Shown: positions 1 through 11,824 of the stretch, piece by piece | Numbering within the stretch: position 1 is the stretch's first letter | Layout: each line of letters begins with the position of its first letter | Source of the DNA: Anolis carolinensis | Taxonomy: Eukaryota | Reading direction: 5' to 3' | Length of the DNA: 64,000 nt | Assembly (NCBI RefSeq): GCF_035594765.1 | Contig: NC_085845.1 | Span: forward strand, 152,350,897-152,414,896 | Translations under genes and position numbers: made by a program | Notes under the pieces: model-generated | What the model saw: the letters and a program-made list of their open reading frames with translations, nothing else | Databases searched by the model: none | Told to the model about the DNA's origin: nothing

Positions 1-620
1 GGCTCTTGGAAATCCTCCGCGAAGGACCCGCCCCTCAGGTTCGGCGTTGCCTAGCACCTCAGAAAGGAGGCGCCCTGGGGGGCGTGGCCTAGCCCGCTCT
101 GTGGGTGGTTGCTGCCTCCCTCCCCCGCCCGCTAAGGCGAGCCGACGTCAGAGCATCCCGGCGCGCGCGCCCGCCCAGGAGAAGCGCCCCTCTCCCTCCG
201 TTTGCCCCGGAAGGAGTCGCCCCCTCGGCCTCGGAAGTTGTCCTGAGCGAGGCCTGCCTGCTTTCCCTGCCGCTGCTGCTTATTGGAGGTCTGCTTCGCG
301 TCCCGGCGGGGAGAGTCTCCGGCTACCCGCGGGCGGCTGGGCCTCATGAAGAAGAAGGTGAGCCAACCGTCCAGGTCTCTCCCCCTCCTGCCCCAGAGTG
401 AATCTTCCTCCTCAGCCTGACTTGGGAGGCACTCAAAACTGCTGCTGTGAGGGGAAAGCGGGCGGGAGGGGCGCCTTGGGCTTGCCTTGTGGGCAGGGTG
501 GGTGCTCATTAAATGTAGACGCCTCTCTGTTGACGCGCGTCAGTCCTGGAAGGGAGGCTGTTGTCAACAAATGCCCGCCCTGGCTGCGGTTTGGGCTGGG
601 CAGCTCCTTTGGCTGAAGTG
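1..620 (+). promoter_or_regulatory. FRS2: CpG island / promoter of FRS2
   Basis: GC- and CpG-rich relative to the AT-rich remainder; GC boxes (27-34, 78-88, 122-130), X-box-like GTTGCCTAGCAC (46-57), CRE-like GACGTCA (144-150), ETS cores CGGAAG (208, 232); the only CpG island upstream of the FRS2 coding exons in this window. Confidence 0.8.
150..357 (+). other. FRS2: Putative non-coding first exon of FRS2 (start approximate)
   Basis: Strong donor AAG|GTGAGC at 357/358 inside the CpG island; TSS cannot be determined from sequence. Confidence 0.55.
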
Positions 621-816
621 GTCATTGACGTGTCCGGCTGCGTGCTTTACCTCCAGGAAGTGTCTATATTGCCATGTCTCTCTGTGTGTTTTTCTCTTTT
701 CAAAGCACCGAAAGTACAAGTCGGGCGCTTTCATAGCAAGTGTGAGGGGCATCTCGAAACCAGCTTCCTATTTTTCTGCAGTTGGGTTCCTTATAAAGGT
801 GTAGGGTGCAGCTACA

Positions 817-920
817 GCAGGCATGGGCAAACTTGGGCCCTCCAGGTGTTTTGGACTTCAATTACCACAATTCCTAACAGCCTCAGGCTCTTTCCTTTCT
901 CCCCTCAGCTGCTTAAGCTA
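817..920. mobile_element. Half copy of a palindromic hAT-type MITE (CAGGCATGGGCAAACT terminus)
   Basis: Same terminus and internal sequence as copies at 30616-30750, 55905-55996 (inverted) and 56626-56690. Confidence 0.75.
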
Positions 921-949
921 ACTCTTTAGGCGAGCACAATTCAACCACC

Positions 950-1651
950 TATGAAGTTTATCTGGGGAGGCCTTGCTCACAGTTCTGCCTTCTTTGCAAG
1001 CATGATTGGTGAGGACAAGAGACAGGGCCTTCTCAATGGTGGCCCCTCGGCTATGGAACTCTCTCCCCAGGGATATTAGATCAGCCCCTCCCTCCTGATT
1101 TTCCGCAAGAAAGTAAAAACATGGTTCTGTGACCAAGCCTTTGGAGAACATGTGCAACAAATAGATATGGAACGATTTGTTATGACTATTGGAACAGCCC
1201 GGTTTATGCTTGTGGATTATGCCAGTGTGGTCCAACCTTTAGTTACTGCGGGCCAATCAAACTTTAGTATAGGAATGTGAGGGCCAGAGACATTGCAGAA
1301 ATAAAATGTTTCTTAAAATCTTAAAGCAGTAAAAAGAGTGATTTTTTCCAAATATTAAATTAAAATATATTTCCAGTAAGAAGGGCAAGGGCCAACAAAA
1401 ATGAATTGGTGGGCCGCATGCAGCCCGTGGGCCACGGGTTGGACCACACCGTATTATGTATTCAATTATGATGGTATGGTTTTCAATTGTTTTTAATCGG
1501 TTTAAGTGTATTTTATTATTCTATTTTAAATGTTCAATTTAATTGTGTATTGTTGTTAAGGCATCGAATGGCTGCCTTTATGTAAAGTCACCTTGAGTCC
1601 CCTTCGGAGTAGAGAGGGGCAGGATAGAAATATCGCAAATAAATAAATAAA
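950..1651 (+). mobile_element. L2 LINE 3' end, interrupted by a hAT MITE
   Basis: Degenerate GEALL..P...RAFS.VAP.LWN.LP coding end, GAGTCCCCTTCGG stem-loop and (AAAT)n tail at ~1637-1651. Confidence 0.75.
1223..1451. mobile_element. hAT-type MITE nested in L2
   Basis: TIRs CAGTGTGGTCCAACC / GGTTGGACCACACCG; degenerate 8-bp flanks gattatgc / tattatgt. Confidence 0.65.
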
Positions 1652-2170
1652 GTGCTGGCTTTAGCCTATAAAGCCTTTAACGGTTCTGGCCCAGGTTACT
1701 TGTTTGAATGTATTTCCTCCTATGAACCACCCTGGAGATTAAGATCATCTGGGGAGGCCCTGCTCTCGGTCCCGCCTTCTTTGAAAGTGCGACTGGTGGG
1801 GACGAGAGACAGGGCCTTCTCTGTGGTGGCCCCTCAGCTGTGAAACTTCCTAGCAATATTAAATCAGCTCCCTCCCTCCTAGCCTTCAAAAGGAAAGAAA
1901 AAAACCTGGCTTTGGGATTAGGCTTTTGGAAAATAGCACAGTGCAATAATATATTTGAAATATGTGCAATTACCATGATTTCCTTAGATCATGATTTCTA
2001 GATGGTGTGATTTTAATATTGAATGTTTAATGTGTATTTTAAATTCAATTTATTTTGATCTTAATGTTTGTATGTAAGGCATTGAATAATTGCCATATGT
2101 AAGCTGCCTTGAGTCCCCTTCGGGGTAGAGAAAGGTGGGGTAAAAATAGGGCAAATAAATAAATAAATAA
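1652..2170 (+). mobile_element. Second L2 LINE 3' end, directly after the first
   Basis: ORF 1652-1843 (LAYKAFNGSGPGYL...GEALLSVP...RAFSVVAPQL) is typical of the L2 ORF2 C-terminus; same stem-loop and (AAAT)n tail. Confidence 0.8.
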
Positions 2171-3365
2171 CTTTTCCACACCCTCTGTAAGCAAGTAATT
2201 TGCCCTAAATTCCCCTCTACCCTGTTGTCACAAACATTTCTCAGAGTAAAAAAGAAACAAATTACTCACATTCAGCTATCAATTGGTATGGGACTTTAAA
2301 AGCGAGGCCAGTCAAATCCAACCTCTTCCATCAACTATCATTTTTATCCAACTAAGGATATCCACAAGGGAAAATGAGCCTGACTCTTACTGCGCCCGAC
2401 TTGGTAGTAAGGATGTTTCTTTATTCGGAGATGATCTATAACTGATGACTCCAGTATGGCATCAAGCCTTTCATATTTACCATAGACCTAGAGGAATTGA
2501 AACATGTTCTCGACATGATTTTTCTTTACATTGAACATTGAACATGTATGTTGTTCTTTGAGGTAGTGGAAGCAATATATATGTGTGTGTGTGTGATGAC
2601 AAGAAATGGCTACTGCTGGATGGGGGAATACTAGAATTTGCAGCAAAAAGTAGTTTTTCTAGCCTCTAAATTTAAATAGGTACTGTATATAGAATAACTT
2701 GTTGGGTTTTGACTCTTAACAGCTAAGGTTTTACATTTTGCTTTACATTTGTCTAACTATCTTCAGAATAAGATCCATGCTTTTATGCCTCTTGTAAAAT
2801 CTTTACAATATATTAGTAAAGTGATTCTGTGTGTGCTTTCAGACTGATGCCCAAATTGCCAAAGGAATTCTAAATGAACCAAGTAACTAAGTTTTTGAAG
2901 TATGGCCTGAGAGGTACAGTATGCCAGAAACAGTGACATTTGTTCACTCAAGCATCTCTTCTTGGCATTTAAACAAAATAGTTCTATTTTTTTAAAAATT
3001 GAACTTGCTTCTCAAGCAAGTAAAAAGTGAATCACATCAATGATAAAAAGACATAGATCCTGCTTCAGGTTTGTAGAATAAAAAGAGGAAGATTTGTTTG
3101 ACAGTGCCAGATCAATGCAATAATCGTTCATAGGCATTTATACCCAGTGGGAGTCAGACTCATTTTCCCTTGTGGATGTTCTTAGTGGGATAAAAGTGAT
3201 AATTGATGGAAGAGGCTGGATTTGACTGGCCTTGCTTTTGAAGTCCCATGCCAATTGGTAGCAGAATGTGGGTAATTTTTTTTTTACTCTGAGAAATGTT
3301 TGTGACAACATAGTAGAGGGGAATTAAGGGCAAATTATTTGCTTACAGAGGGTGTAGAAGAGTTA
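2168..3365. repeat. ~225-bp inverted duplication (arms 2168-2392 and 3145-3365)
   Basis: Reverse complement of 3145-3365 aligns to 2168-2392 throughout with scattered substitutions. Confidence 0.9.
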
Positions 3366-3814
3366 GTCTTACACTGCATAATTCACATTTATTTATTGGA
3401 TTACTGAGATGAGATGCTGTCAATGTTATAGATGGTATACTTAAACCTGTGATTTAATTTGAATGCTGCTTAGTAGTATAAACATAAAAAGGTGGTTGAT
3501 ATAGCTACACAGTATTGGAAGCTGGCACTGGTGTTTTAAGTACAAATTCAGCACTGTCTTCTTATTCGAAATACAAGGTTTCTGAGGGATAAAATCAGAG
3601 TTAGCTGGGTCATACTTCTGAAGTTATCAGACGGCACTCATGTTCCTAACTGTCTAATTAATTTTTATTAGTGAATGAAGTAAGCCATCCTTTTATCAAT
3701 TTTTCTTCCTATGGACTCTGTAGGTCTTATTTCTGAATTAATGTATAACGAAAATACCAACTTTAAATAAAGGTGATATGATTAGGCTTATAGTGCTTAT
3801 GTATACTTTAAATA

Positions 3815-3917
3815 GGGTTGTTGTGTGTTTTCCGGGATGTATGGCCATGCTCCAGAAGCATTCTCTCCTGACATTTTGCCCACATCTATGGCAGGCATCC
3901 TCAGAGGTTGTGAGGTA
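3815..3917. mobile_element. Penelope-like element fragment
   Basis: Shares the GGGTTGTTGTG..TTTTCCGGG.TGTATGGCCAT..TCCAGAA.CATTCTCTCCTGAC motif with 55539-55897 and 20291-20443. Confidence 0.65.
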
Positions 3918-5399
3918 TATATACTTTAAATAATTTTTATTCCAGTTCATTCTTTTATTTGAAGATCAGTTCATTATCTAAACCCAGAAATCTTACATTG
4001 TTTCAATGATTAACACTGAAATATTGGAACATTGAAGGGATAGTCTAGAAAATGTTCAACCAGAATGATTTAGGTTTATGCTTATATGCACGTACAGAAA
4101 GAGTCTTTTCATGTGCCACTGTGATTAATAAACCAAAGAGGCCCTGTGAAAACTTAGTTATAGTGAATGCTAATTCAAACTTCATGGTAGTTTTTAATTT
4201 GCTAGGTTGGGTTCAGTAAGTTATGTCCCTGACAACTAACTTTATTTACCATTTTATTTTAGCTTAAATCCAGTAGAAGGAAACTGCATTCATAAAAATA
4301 TTGAATGAGGTTAGGTAGCATTTTTTAATTTGGAAAATAGTGGAAATTATTGGTGGACAGTAGAAATAATATTATTTTGCAAGTTATTTGGAGATACTGG
4401 ATGGATTTATGCAAATAGTTTTGTATTTGAAATGCTTGGCCTTTAAACCTTTTCCATTCCATTCATTCTCACACATATATATGCATGTGCATGTGTGAAT
4501 GAAATGGAAATGGTTTAAATTAACTGCCTTTGAATAACTTAAAATCTGTTATATTAGTGTTTAAAATGAGTGGAAAATATTTGCCTTAAACTTGCCTGGG
4601 TTTCACCCAGTGGTGATCATTTCTTTGTGTATTCTTTCATTGCAACACCCTGTTCCTGCTAAAATGCTTGTTCCCTGGTGAGGCCTGGGATGCTGGGGAT
4701 GAGGGTCAAACCACCCAGTTGTCCTGTCACTTTGGTCCATTGCTGCAAAAGCTGGTCATTTCTTGACAATATCAAAGCATTTTTAAGGATTTTTAGGCTA
4801 GTTCTGCTTAACAATCCGAAATTCTTTTCTTCTCTCTCTGGAGAAAACATATGCCTGATACTATGCTTGTCCCAGGATCAGGCCTATTCCTCTTTCTGAC
4901 ATAAAAAGAGGTGTGTGGAAATTGTCAGTGTTTGTCTGTGTTTGCAGGTCCTGACTCTTTACTTTGGCTGCTTTCAAAGGGCTTTCTTTCCCTTGTTGAG
5001 CATTTGTTCCAGTCAGGCTGTCTGTGTCCCTGAAGGATCTTGCCCATGGAATTGAGCAGATATTGTACAGCTTTTCTTTCTTCTTTGTTTGTGGTTTGCT
5101 TTTAAACCAGTTCTTTTGTGGAACAGAAAGATTTGATCCCCATCCTGTAGGGATGTCTCGTGGTGAGCAGTAGGGGTATGGGACAAAATGTGGATATTGT
5201 CACCAATATAAATACTACTCCACTAATGACATTTTCCTTCAGTTCTCACATTTCAAAAAAGGGGAAAAATCATGAGGTGCTGAATTTTAATGGGGGAAAG
5301 TCCTGGAGCAGTTTTTGGCCCCAGGAATTCCTTAGGTGGTGGTACAGAAGTGGATCAAAGTCCATGTCTGTTTTTTAAAAAAGAAAGTAAATACCTTAA

Positions 5400-5612
5400 A
5401 GGCCCTAGGTCCTGTCTGATTTTGGAAACTAAGCAAGGTTAGCCCTGTTTAGTACTTGGATGGGAGATCACCAATAAATATGAGATGCTTTCGGTTATAT
5501 TTCAGAGGAATTATCTGGCAAAACCACCTCTGAGTATTCCTTTCTTAAGAAAATTATATGAAAATCATGAGGTCATCATAAGTTAACAGTCGATTTGAAG
5601 GCACATACACAC
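5400..5612 (+). mobile_element. 5S rRNA-derived SINE (degenerate)
   Basis: gtctgattttggaaactaagcaagg...ttagtacttggatgggaga matches the 5S internal control region; followed by a SINE-like body, so not an intact 5S gene. Confidence 0.65.
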
Positions 5613-6954
5613 ACATTTAACAATGCAGAGATGTCGTACCACTTTTTTCAAAGGTAAATCCTTTCTCCTTAGGCTTCCAGAAGAGGCAGTCCACACTTTT
5701 TGCTAGAAAAAGTGTAGGTTGAGGAATCTGAAAGAATAGAGGCTGTATGCAATCTTAGGGCTACATTTTACCCATCACCGCATTATATATAGAACTTATT
5801 TTGCTGCTTTAGCAACAGTTATGGTTCTGGAATAATCTGAGTATGAGATAGCTCTCTTCATGCATATTAAATGCTGAATTTATTCTAGTAACTTCCCTTT
5901 GGCAAAGTTAAAGATGGACCATGTGCAAAGGATTTGTTCTATTTATCTGGCCTAACCAATTCCCTAAATAGTTTATTGATGTTCCTTGGTGTAGGAGGCA
6001 AAGATGTCATTATAGTCAGTTTTAGATAGAACAAATATTAGAAGGATATACATACATTTATAATACATTAAATGAACCTTAGAGCTCTGCCTACTACAAG
6101 ACACAGTAGTTGTTTAAGCTGTTGGTTTAGTGATACAAGGGAGGGAAGGAGTTGGGATTACAGGGCAGTTGTTTTTCAAGCACATCTAATTTTTGAGTGT
6201 TTACACCTTACTGTACTTATGCTTTGAACATTCACTGAGTTTCTTTTTTATTAATTTTTATTTAGACACATTCATATAAAACTTACATACAAAGGTACAA
6301 ACAGACAAGTTAAAATACTTTTTCTAGAGTAAAAGAAAACATTTTACTACATTCTAAACATCAAAATACATTAACTGCATGCAATCTACATTATCTAATG
6401 TAAGGACGTTACATTCTCTGTCTGATAGTTATATTCACTCAATTTTCTACACCCATTAAATGAAAAAGAACCATTGATACATCATTTCCTCACACAATAA
6501 TCTTTGCTGGAGGAACATAATGAATGGGCTCCAGTCTTTTTCAGAGTTATTTTGAGATGTTACTTCTATAGCATCCACTAAATTTCTGATGGGTGGGAGA
6601 TAGGAAAGGGCTTAAATTTCAATGGTAGTGATGCAGGAAAAATAGGAGTCAATACAGAAGTCCTTTTTTGAATTGTCAAAACTAATTATGAGTATAGATA
6701 TCTCAATTTTAGATGTGTGAAAATGTTAAGAATTATATTATATCTTGTAGTGTCAACAATTTTGAGGTTGCTTTCTTAGCTAAGACAAAATGTTTTGATC
6801 ACTTCTGTTTTTGCTTCTGGTTTGACTACTGGTTGATGAAATGATAACCAGGAAATCCTTTGCTCTCCTTGCTCTTCTTACAAAAAATAAGCCTGAGACC
6901 TTATTCCTATGCACCTGGGGTTCTCTGAATGCTTTTTCAATGTAACAGACAAAT

Positions 6955-7248
6955 CACTGGCCAACACACATGTTGGTGCTTCAGATGTTAGACCTATTTC
7001 TAGGTATATGTGACCTACTGAGTCCAAAAATGGCACAAGTTTTCCCCTATTCATTCTAGTTTTTGATACAGAATATATGCCATATACTAGTCGCTATCTG
7101 CTTGCCCATAGAAAATCATGATAACCGTATGTAAAAAAACTGGTAGAGCTGATGTCTACCTAATACAATTTTCTGAAACAGTGCCTCAAATAACCCCGGG
7201 AACAGGCCCAAAAACAAAGACACCAAGAAAAAAAGTTGTCCTGTGTAA
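6955..7248 (+). mobile_element. Non-autonomous DNA transposon remnant; related copy inverted at 37283-37567
   Basis: CACTGGCCAACAC terminus and internal similarity between the two copies. Confidence 0.5.
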
Positions 7249-7426
7249 TGTGTGACTTTTCCACAGGTAGAAATTGTTATTAACCACTGCATTTCCAAAA
7301 TTGAGAAGAAGGGACTTTGTTAAAAGGCAATGGCCCACTACCTGTAGTGAACATAACAGTAGAAAAACATTAGTCTACAGGCTATCTCATCTTCATAGGT
7401 GCCACTATTGAAATAGATGTTTTATA

Positions 7427-7456
<30 letters not shown>
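7427..7456. repeat. (TG)n microsatellite
   Basis: Direct observation. Confidence 0.95.
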
Positions 7457-7458
<2 letters not shown>

Positions 7459-8310
7459 CTTCATGTTGCCTGCCAACTTATGGATCCCATGGATTTATAA
7501 GAGAAAGTTTCTCCAGTTCCTTCCTCTGAAATATATATGTAATATTTGATAAAATAAATATCTACAAACTATTAACATCTATTAAATCTCTCCAATTTCT
7601 GTAATGGCAGCTATGAGGAAAATCAACCTGTAGTCTTGTATATTTTCTAGTTTCCTAGCTCACCATGTATTTAGTTAGAAAAATAGAGAAAACTCGCGTG
7701 ACATAGTAGTTTGAATGTTGGACTTGGAATTTGTGGGAGCCATGGTTTGAAGCCATGAAAACTCACTGGGTGAACATTGGCAAGTCATACACTTTCAGTT
7801 TCAGAAGAAGGTATTGGCAGACCTTCTTTGAATAATTCTTATCATGAAAACCCTATGATATTTTGCTGTAATTTGGAGTCAGTTTGAAGATTTCGAACAG
7901 TTCTAGATATGTGGCTTTATGAAATTATTTGAGCAGCAATATAGGCTTTGTGCACAGTGAGTTTTCTGTCAACTGGACAGAAAACATTCTTTCTCCTTCC
8001 TTCTCCTCAAAAGAAGAATAGTCCATTTGGTCATAGAGGCCACGAGAAGTAATGAAACTTAAATTACAACCTGAATATTAGAGTATACTCACCCATAGTA
8101 AAAAAAATACTACTGGTTGTGAACAAATTTAAGGAGTAGCATGAAGAAATTGATTCAGGAAAAAGATGTCCTATACTTTCTTTATAATTCTCCTTGGGGG
8201 AAAAAGGGGAGAGAGCGTAAAGGAATAAATCATTCATCAATATTGAGAGGTATGGAGATCAGTAAATATTTAGGATTGGTGTTGCAACATTAGACCAGAA
8301 TGTTATAGAA

Positions 8311-8445
8311 AAGTGGTTCTCAACTTAGGGTATCCAGATGTTTTTGGCCTTCTACTCCCAGAAATCCCAACAGCTGGTAAACTGGTTGGGATTTCTGGTA
8401 GTTGTAGCCCAAAAACATCTGGGGATCCTAGGTTGAGAACCACTG
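8311..8445. mobile_element. Palindromic hAT MITE (CAGTGGTTCTCAACC family)
   Basis: Near-perfect palindrome; 8-bp TSD TTATAGAA on both sides. Confidence 0.9.
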
Positions 8446-9222
8446 TTATAGAAGGACTATATCCACTTTTTAAAAGACGATTATAGCTCCATAGAAAACC
8501 AGATTTGGATAAACTTAAATATTTCGCAGAGGAAGGCTATTGTGGCAAACCTTCTCTAAGAATATCTTACCAGGAAATTTTTATGATAGATTTGTCCTAG
8601 GGTCCTTGTAAAAAGTGACTTGAAGACATAAAAATAATGTATACAATGTTTCTTATTAAGTGTCTTGATTAGATACAGATAGAAACTTATTTTTACTCAA
8701 CTTTCACTACTTGCCTATTGGTGTTATACTGAATAATCTATTTGGGGAAATACATTTCCTCAGGAAAAGATGGCTACAAATACATTTATATTTAAGGAAA
8801 GTTGAATCATAATACTTTACAGAGATTGAATTACTAGACTTTTCATTCCCCCCAAAAAAACAACAACAACAAAAACAAAACCCCACAACATTTTGCTAAT
8901 ACTATGCCAAGAAGTATGTTCTAATTTTGCAGGTCATTTTAAATAGAAATATTTTCCTTTTCATTTAGGTAAACAAGATAAAGTTGATGATTAATATAAG
9001 ATATTGGTCACATAACTTTAAGCATTCATAGGGATGAGATCTGTGGTTGAGCTGTTCAAAAGAAGCCTGGAATGGGAGAAAACACAGAAAAGTATTCATT
9101 GTCATGATTGTAAATGGATTTTGATAAAAGCCTTACCCTATCATAAATAGAATATGCAGAATATATGTTGGCAATACTTTGTGGAAATGTCCAAAAGGTA
9201 AGGTTTATTGTATATTTATACT

Positions 9223-9252
9223 GATATATATATATATAGAGAGAGAGAGAGC

Positions 9253-9278
<26 letters not shown>
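9223..9278. repeat. Compound (TA)n(GA)n microsatellite
   Basis: Direct observation. Confidence 0.95.
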
Positions 9279-9283
<5 letters not shown>

Positions 9284-10852
9284 CTGAAGGACCTCCTGTC
9301 CTTCAGAAATGTATCCAATTATTTAAAATGTGGTATGCATGATGATGACATAGAAACAATGCTTAATTTACTGATGGCTGTTAAATTGCCTACTGTATAT
9401 TATGTACTAAGGAAACTGTTCACATCAGACTGATTTTGGGATGGGGAGGTCGAGCAACTATGATATTCATACTGTATAGTAACATTCCAGTGAAAATGGG
9501 ATGTTTTCAAGATAAGTTTGTTAAAAGATTGGTGTTTATTACTTTGCAAATAAAATTGCATTATTTGTTCCCATATTATTCATTTAATTCAATCAAAACA
9601 TTTTATGGATATGTATTTTATATAGCTGTAAAAGAAAACTCTTGAGTTTTCAAAAACTTCACCCTTAATCTCCACATTTCGACATGCCCACAAGTACATT
9701 TATAGAGTTCAAATGCTTTCTGGTCAAAAGGAGATCGGCAAAGCCTATTTTAGAAAAGATCTACTGCCGACGTAACCCTAATGCTAGTGGTAAAATGCCA
9801 TATGTAAGCAGTAGCATCCATAAATGTTTTATTTGTACTGTAGGTGTTCTGTGATGCATACTTTGCAGTAAAACTGTCATCTTTAATAGAAATCTCTCTA
9901 AATAAGTCTGAAGAGTATTTCGCATCACTGACAGTCATGCTGAAGAATGTCATTATGTATCTCAGTTGCATATTATCACAGGGCTGTTGTTTTATTCCTA
10001 AGTGGCTGTTTTCTTTTTGAACCCATGCATATTAATGCAATTTTTTTCTGTGTAGTTCCAGAGATATATGATTAATTCAGTTCTTTTTAAAAATGAAATA
10101 TAATCTTCCTCTGTTTATTAGAACTTCCTTTAGTAAGTGCAGTGCTATATTGATTCCTAGAGTGTTTCATCATATTTTGATATTTTTATGTGGAAGGCTT
10201 TATGTGACCAGATATGTATGTACTTCTCTTAGTTCTGCTCTCTCCAAAATGATGGGCCCAGGCTGCAAAGCTATACAGATTAACACTTCCAAAAGCTGAT
10301 AAAGCTGCCTTTAGTCAAACGTTTGCACTGATTGTGAGAAAACTGTACTGTAATTGTCAGACTTTTTTGTGGCTGCCTTGGGAGGGATCAGCTGGTTTTT
10401 CTACTGATGACACAGTTCAATTTTGTCAGTGAAACAGGAGCGGAGATAATTCCTCCTGCAGTCTTCTCCATGCTCCCAAAGCTGCCCGGGAGGGGTGGGA
10501 ATCCTCTGTAACAGGTATTTTGAGCAGCAGGGAAAGGAAGAAAAACTTGCTGCACTAGTAGATGCCATTTAACACAATGTTGGATTTATACCTATGTACT
10601 CAATACCTAGATGTATATATAGCTTTTTATTTGTTATGGTCTTAAGAAATAGATATTCTCATAACTTCTACAGGGTAGAAATGAGATTTGCTTTTGAATT
10701 TTTTTTTGAATGTGACAGAAAATGTGTACTTAAATAATCTATTGCAGTTGAGTACCATTATTCAGTTATGTGGTGCTAAAAAGGATGTTATTTTGGATGC
10801 TTCAAACATGGATCATCATGTCTATATATAAAATGGTATCCTTCAAGTGGTG

Positions 10853-11824
10853 TGTCACGACCCAGGCTACAGAGCACCAATAACCATACGCAGAGGCCAG
10901 ATTCTATCTAATATCTTTATTAAGGAAATATATAAGATTAATAAAAATAAATGTAAAAGTTAGTTCAGAAGCAGACCTTTCAGGAAAGGTCAAAATTAGT
11001 CCAAAAAAGCAATGTCCAATATGAAATATTATGTTCCAAAGTTGTAATCCAATAACCGAAACACTCACTTTGCCAGGCAAAGTGAGGGGAGATGACAAGG
11101 TCCTTTAGTCCATAAACTTGAGCAAGGCTAGGAAATAACTTGATACTTGAAGCAAGGCTTAAAACGTGAAACAAGGTAACAAGGAACAAGAACAAGGTCC
11201 GTGGAATAACTTGGTAAAATCCGTGATACAAGGCAAGGTATAGTCCTGGAAAACAAGCAAGGTCCGTAGGTAAACAAAGGCTGGAAACTGGAGCGAAGGC
11301 TGGAAAGCAGGGCAAGGCTTGAGCAGGAACGAGGCTTGAAACGGAGCGCGCTGTCCAGACACAACTCGCTCCGGAGGCTGACGAATTGACTCCGCGAAGT
11401 TACTACGCGGGTAAAACACCTATATAGAGTCTAACTTTCTCGCCGAAGCAGTTCTCTGGGAACCAGAAACGAAAGCTAAACTCTGGGACCAGATGTTTGA
11501 CTCCCTAAAGATTCTCACGGAAAGCAGTCTTAATTGGCTACATTCTTAGCTGCAATTCTAGCACTCCTGCGCGAAGCTGCTTCCAAACCCCTCTGTTGTT
11601 TACAAAACTCACGGCGCAAGAACACGGGAGATGTGGGCTCTGGGTTTGTTTGACATACTTCTGGGACACAACTTTCTTGCAGGTGCAAGGTTCCCAGATC
11701 TGCCTGGGAAAGATCTGGCTGAGAAGATTCCAGTTCTGACTGGGAAGGTAAAAAACCCAAGTTTTCTTCTTCATCAGGGATTACAATGTCCTGAGCAGGA
11801 CTACAAGGCCCATGGGTCATCACA
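10853..11824 (-). repeat. 3' LTR (972 bp)
   Basis: Direct repeat of 16305-17276; minus-strand AATAAA at 10916-10921. Confidence 0.97.

Noticed and set aside
47-929. Several 60-125 aa ORFs in the FRS2 CpG island
   Set aside because: GC-rich DNA is stop-poor; mostly non-ATG starts, no recognisable domains, overlapping on both strands
5400-5480. Possible 5S rRNA gene
   Set aside because: Many substitutions, missing ends and a SINE-like body follow; a derived repeat
10904-11419. Minus-strand hydrophobic ORFs in the LTR as an env-like gene
   Set aside because: Short, mostly non-ATG starts, products of the pyrimidine-rich CCTTG repeats; no signal peptide, furin site or TM organisation
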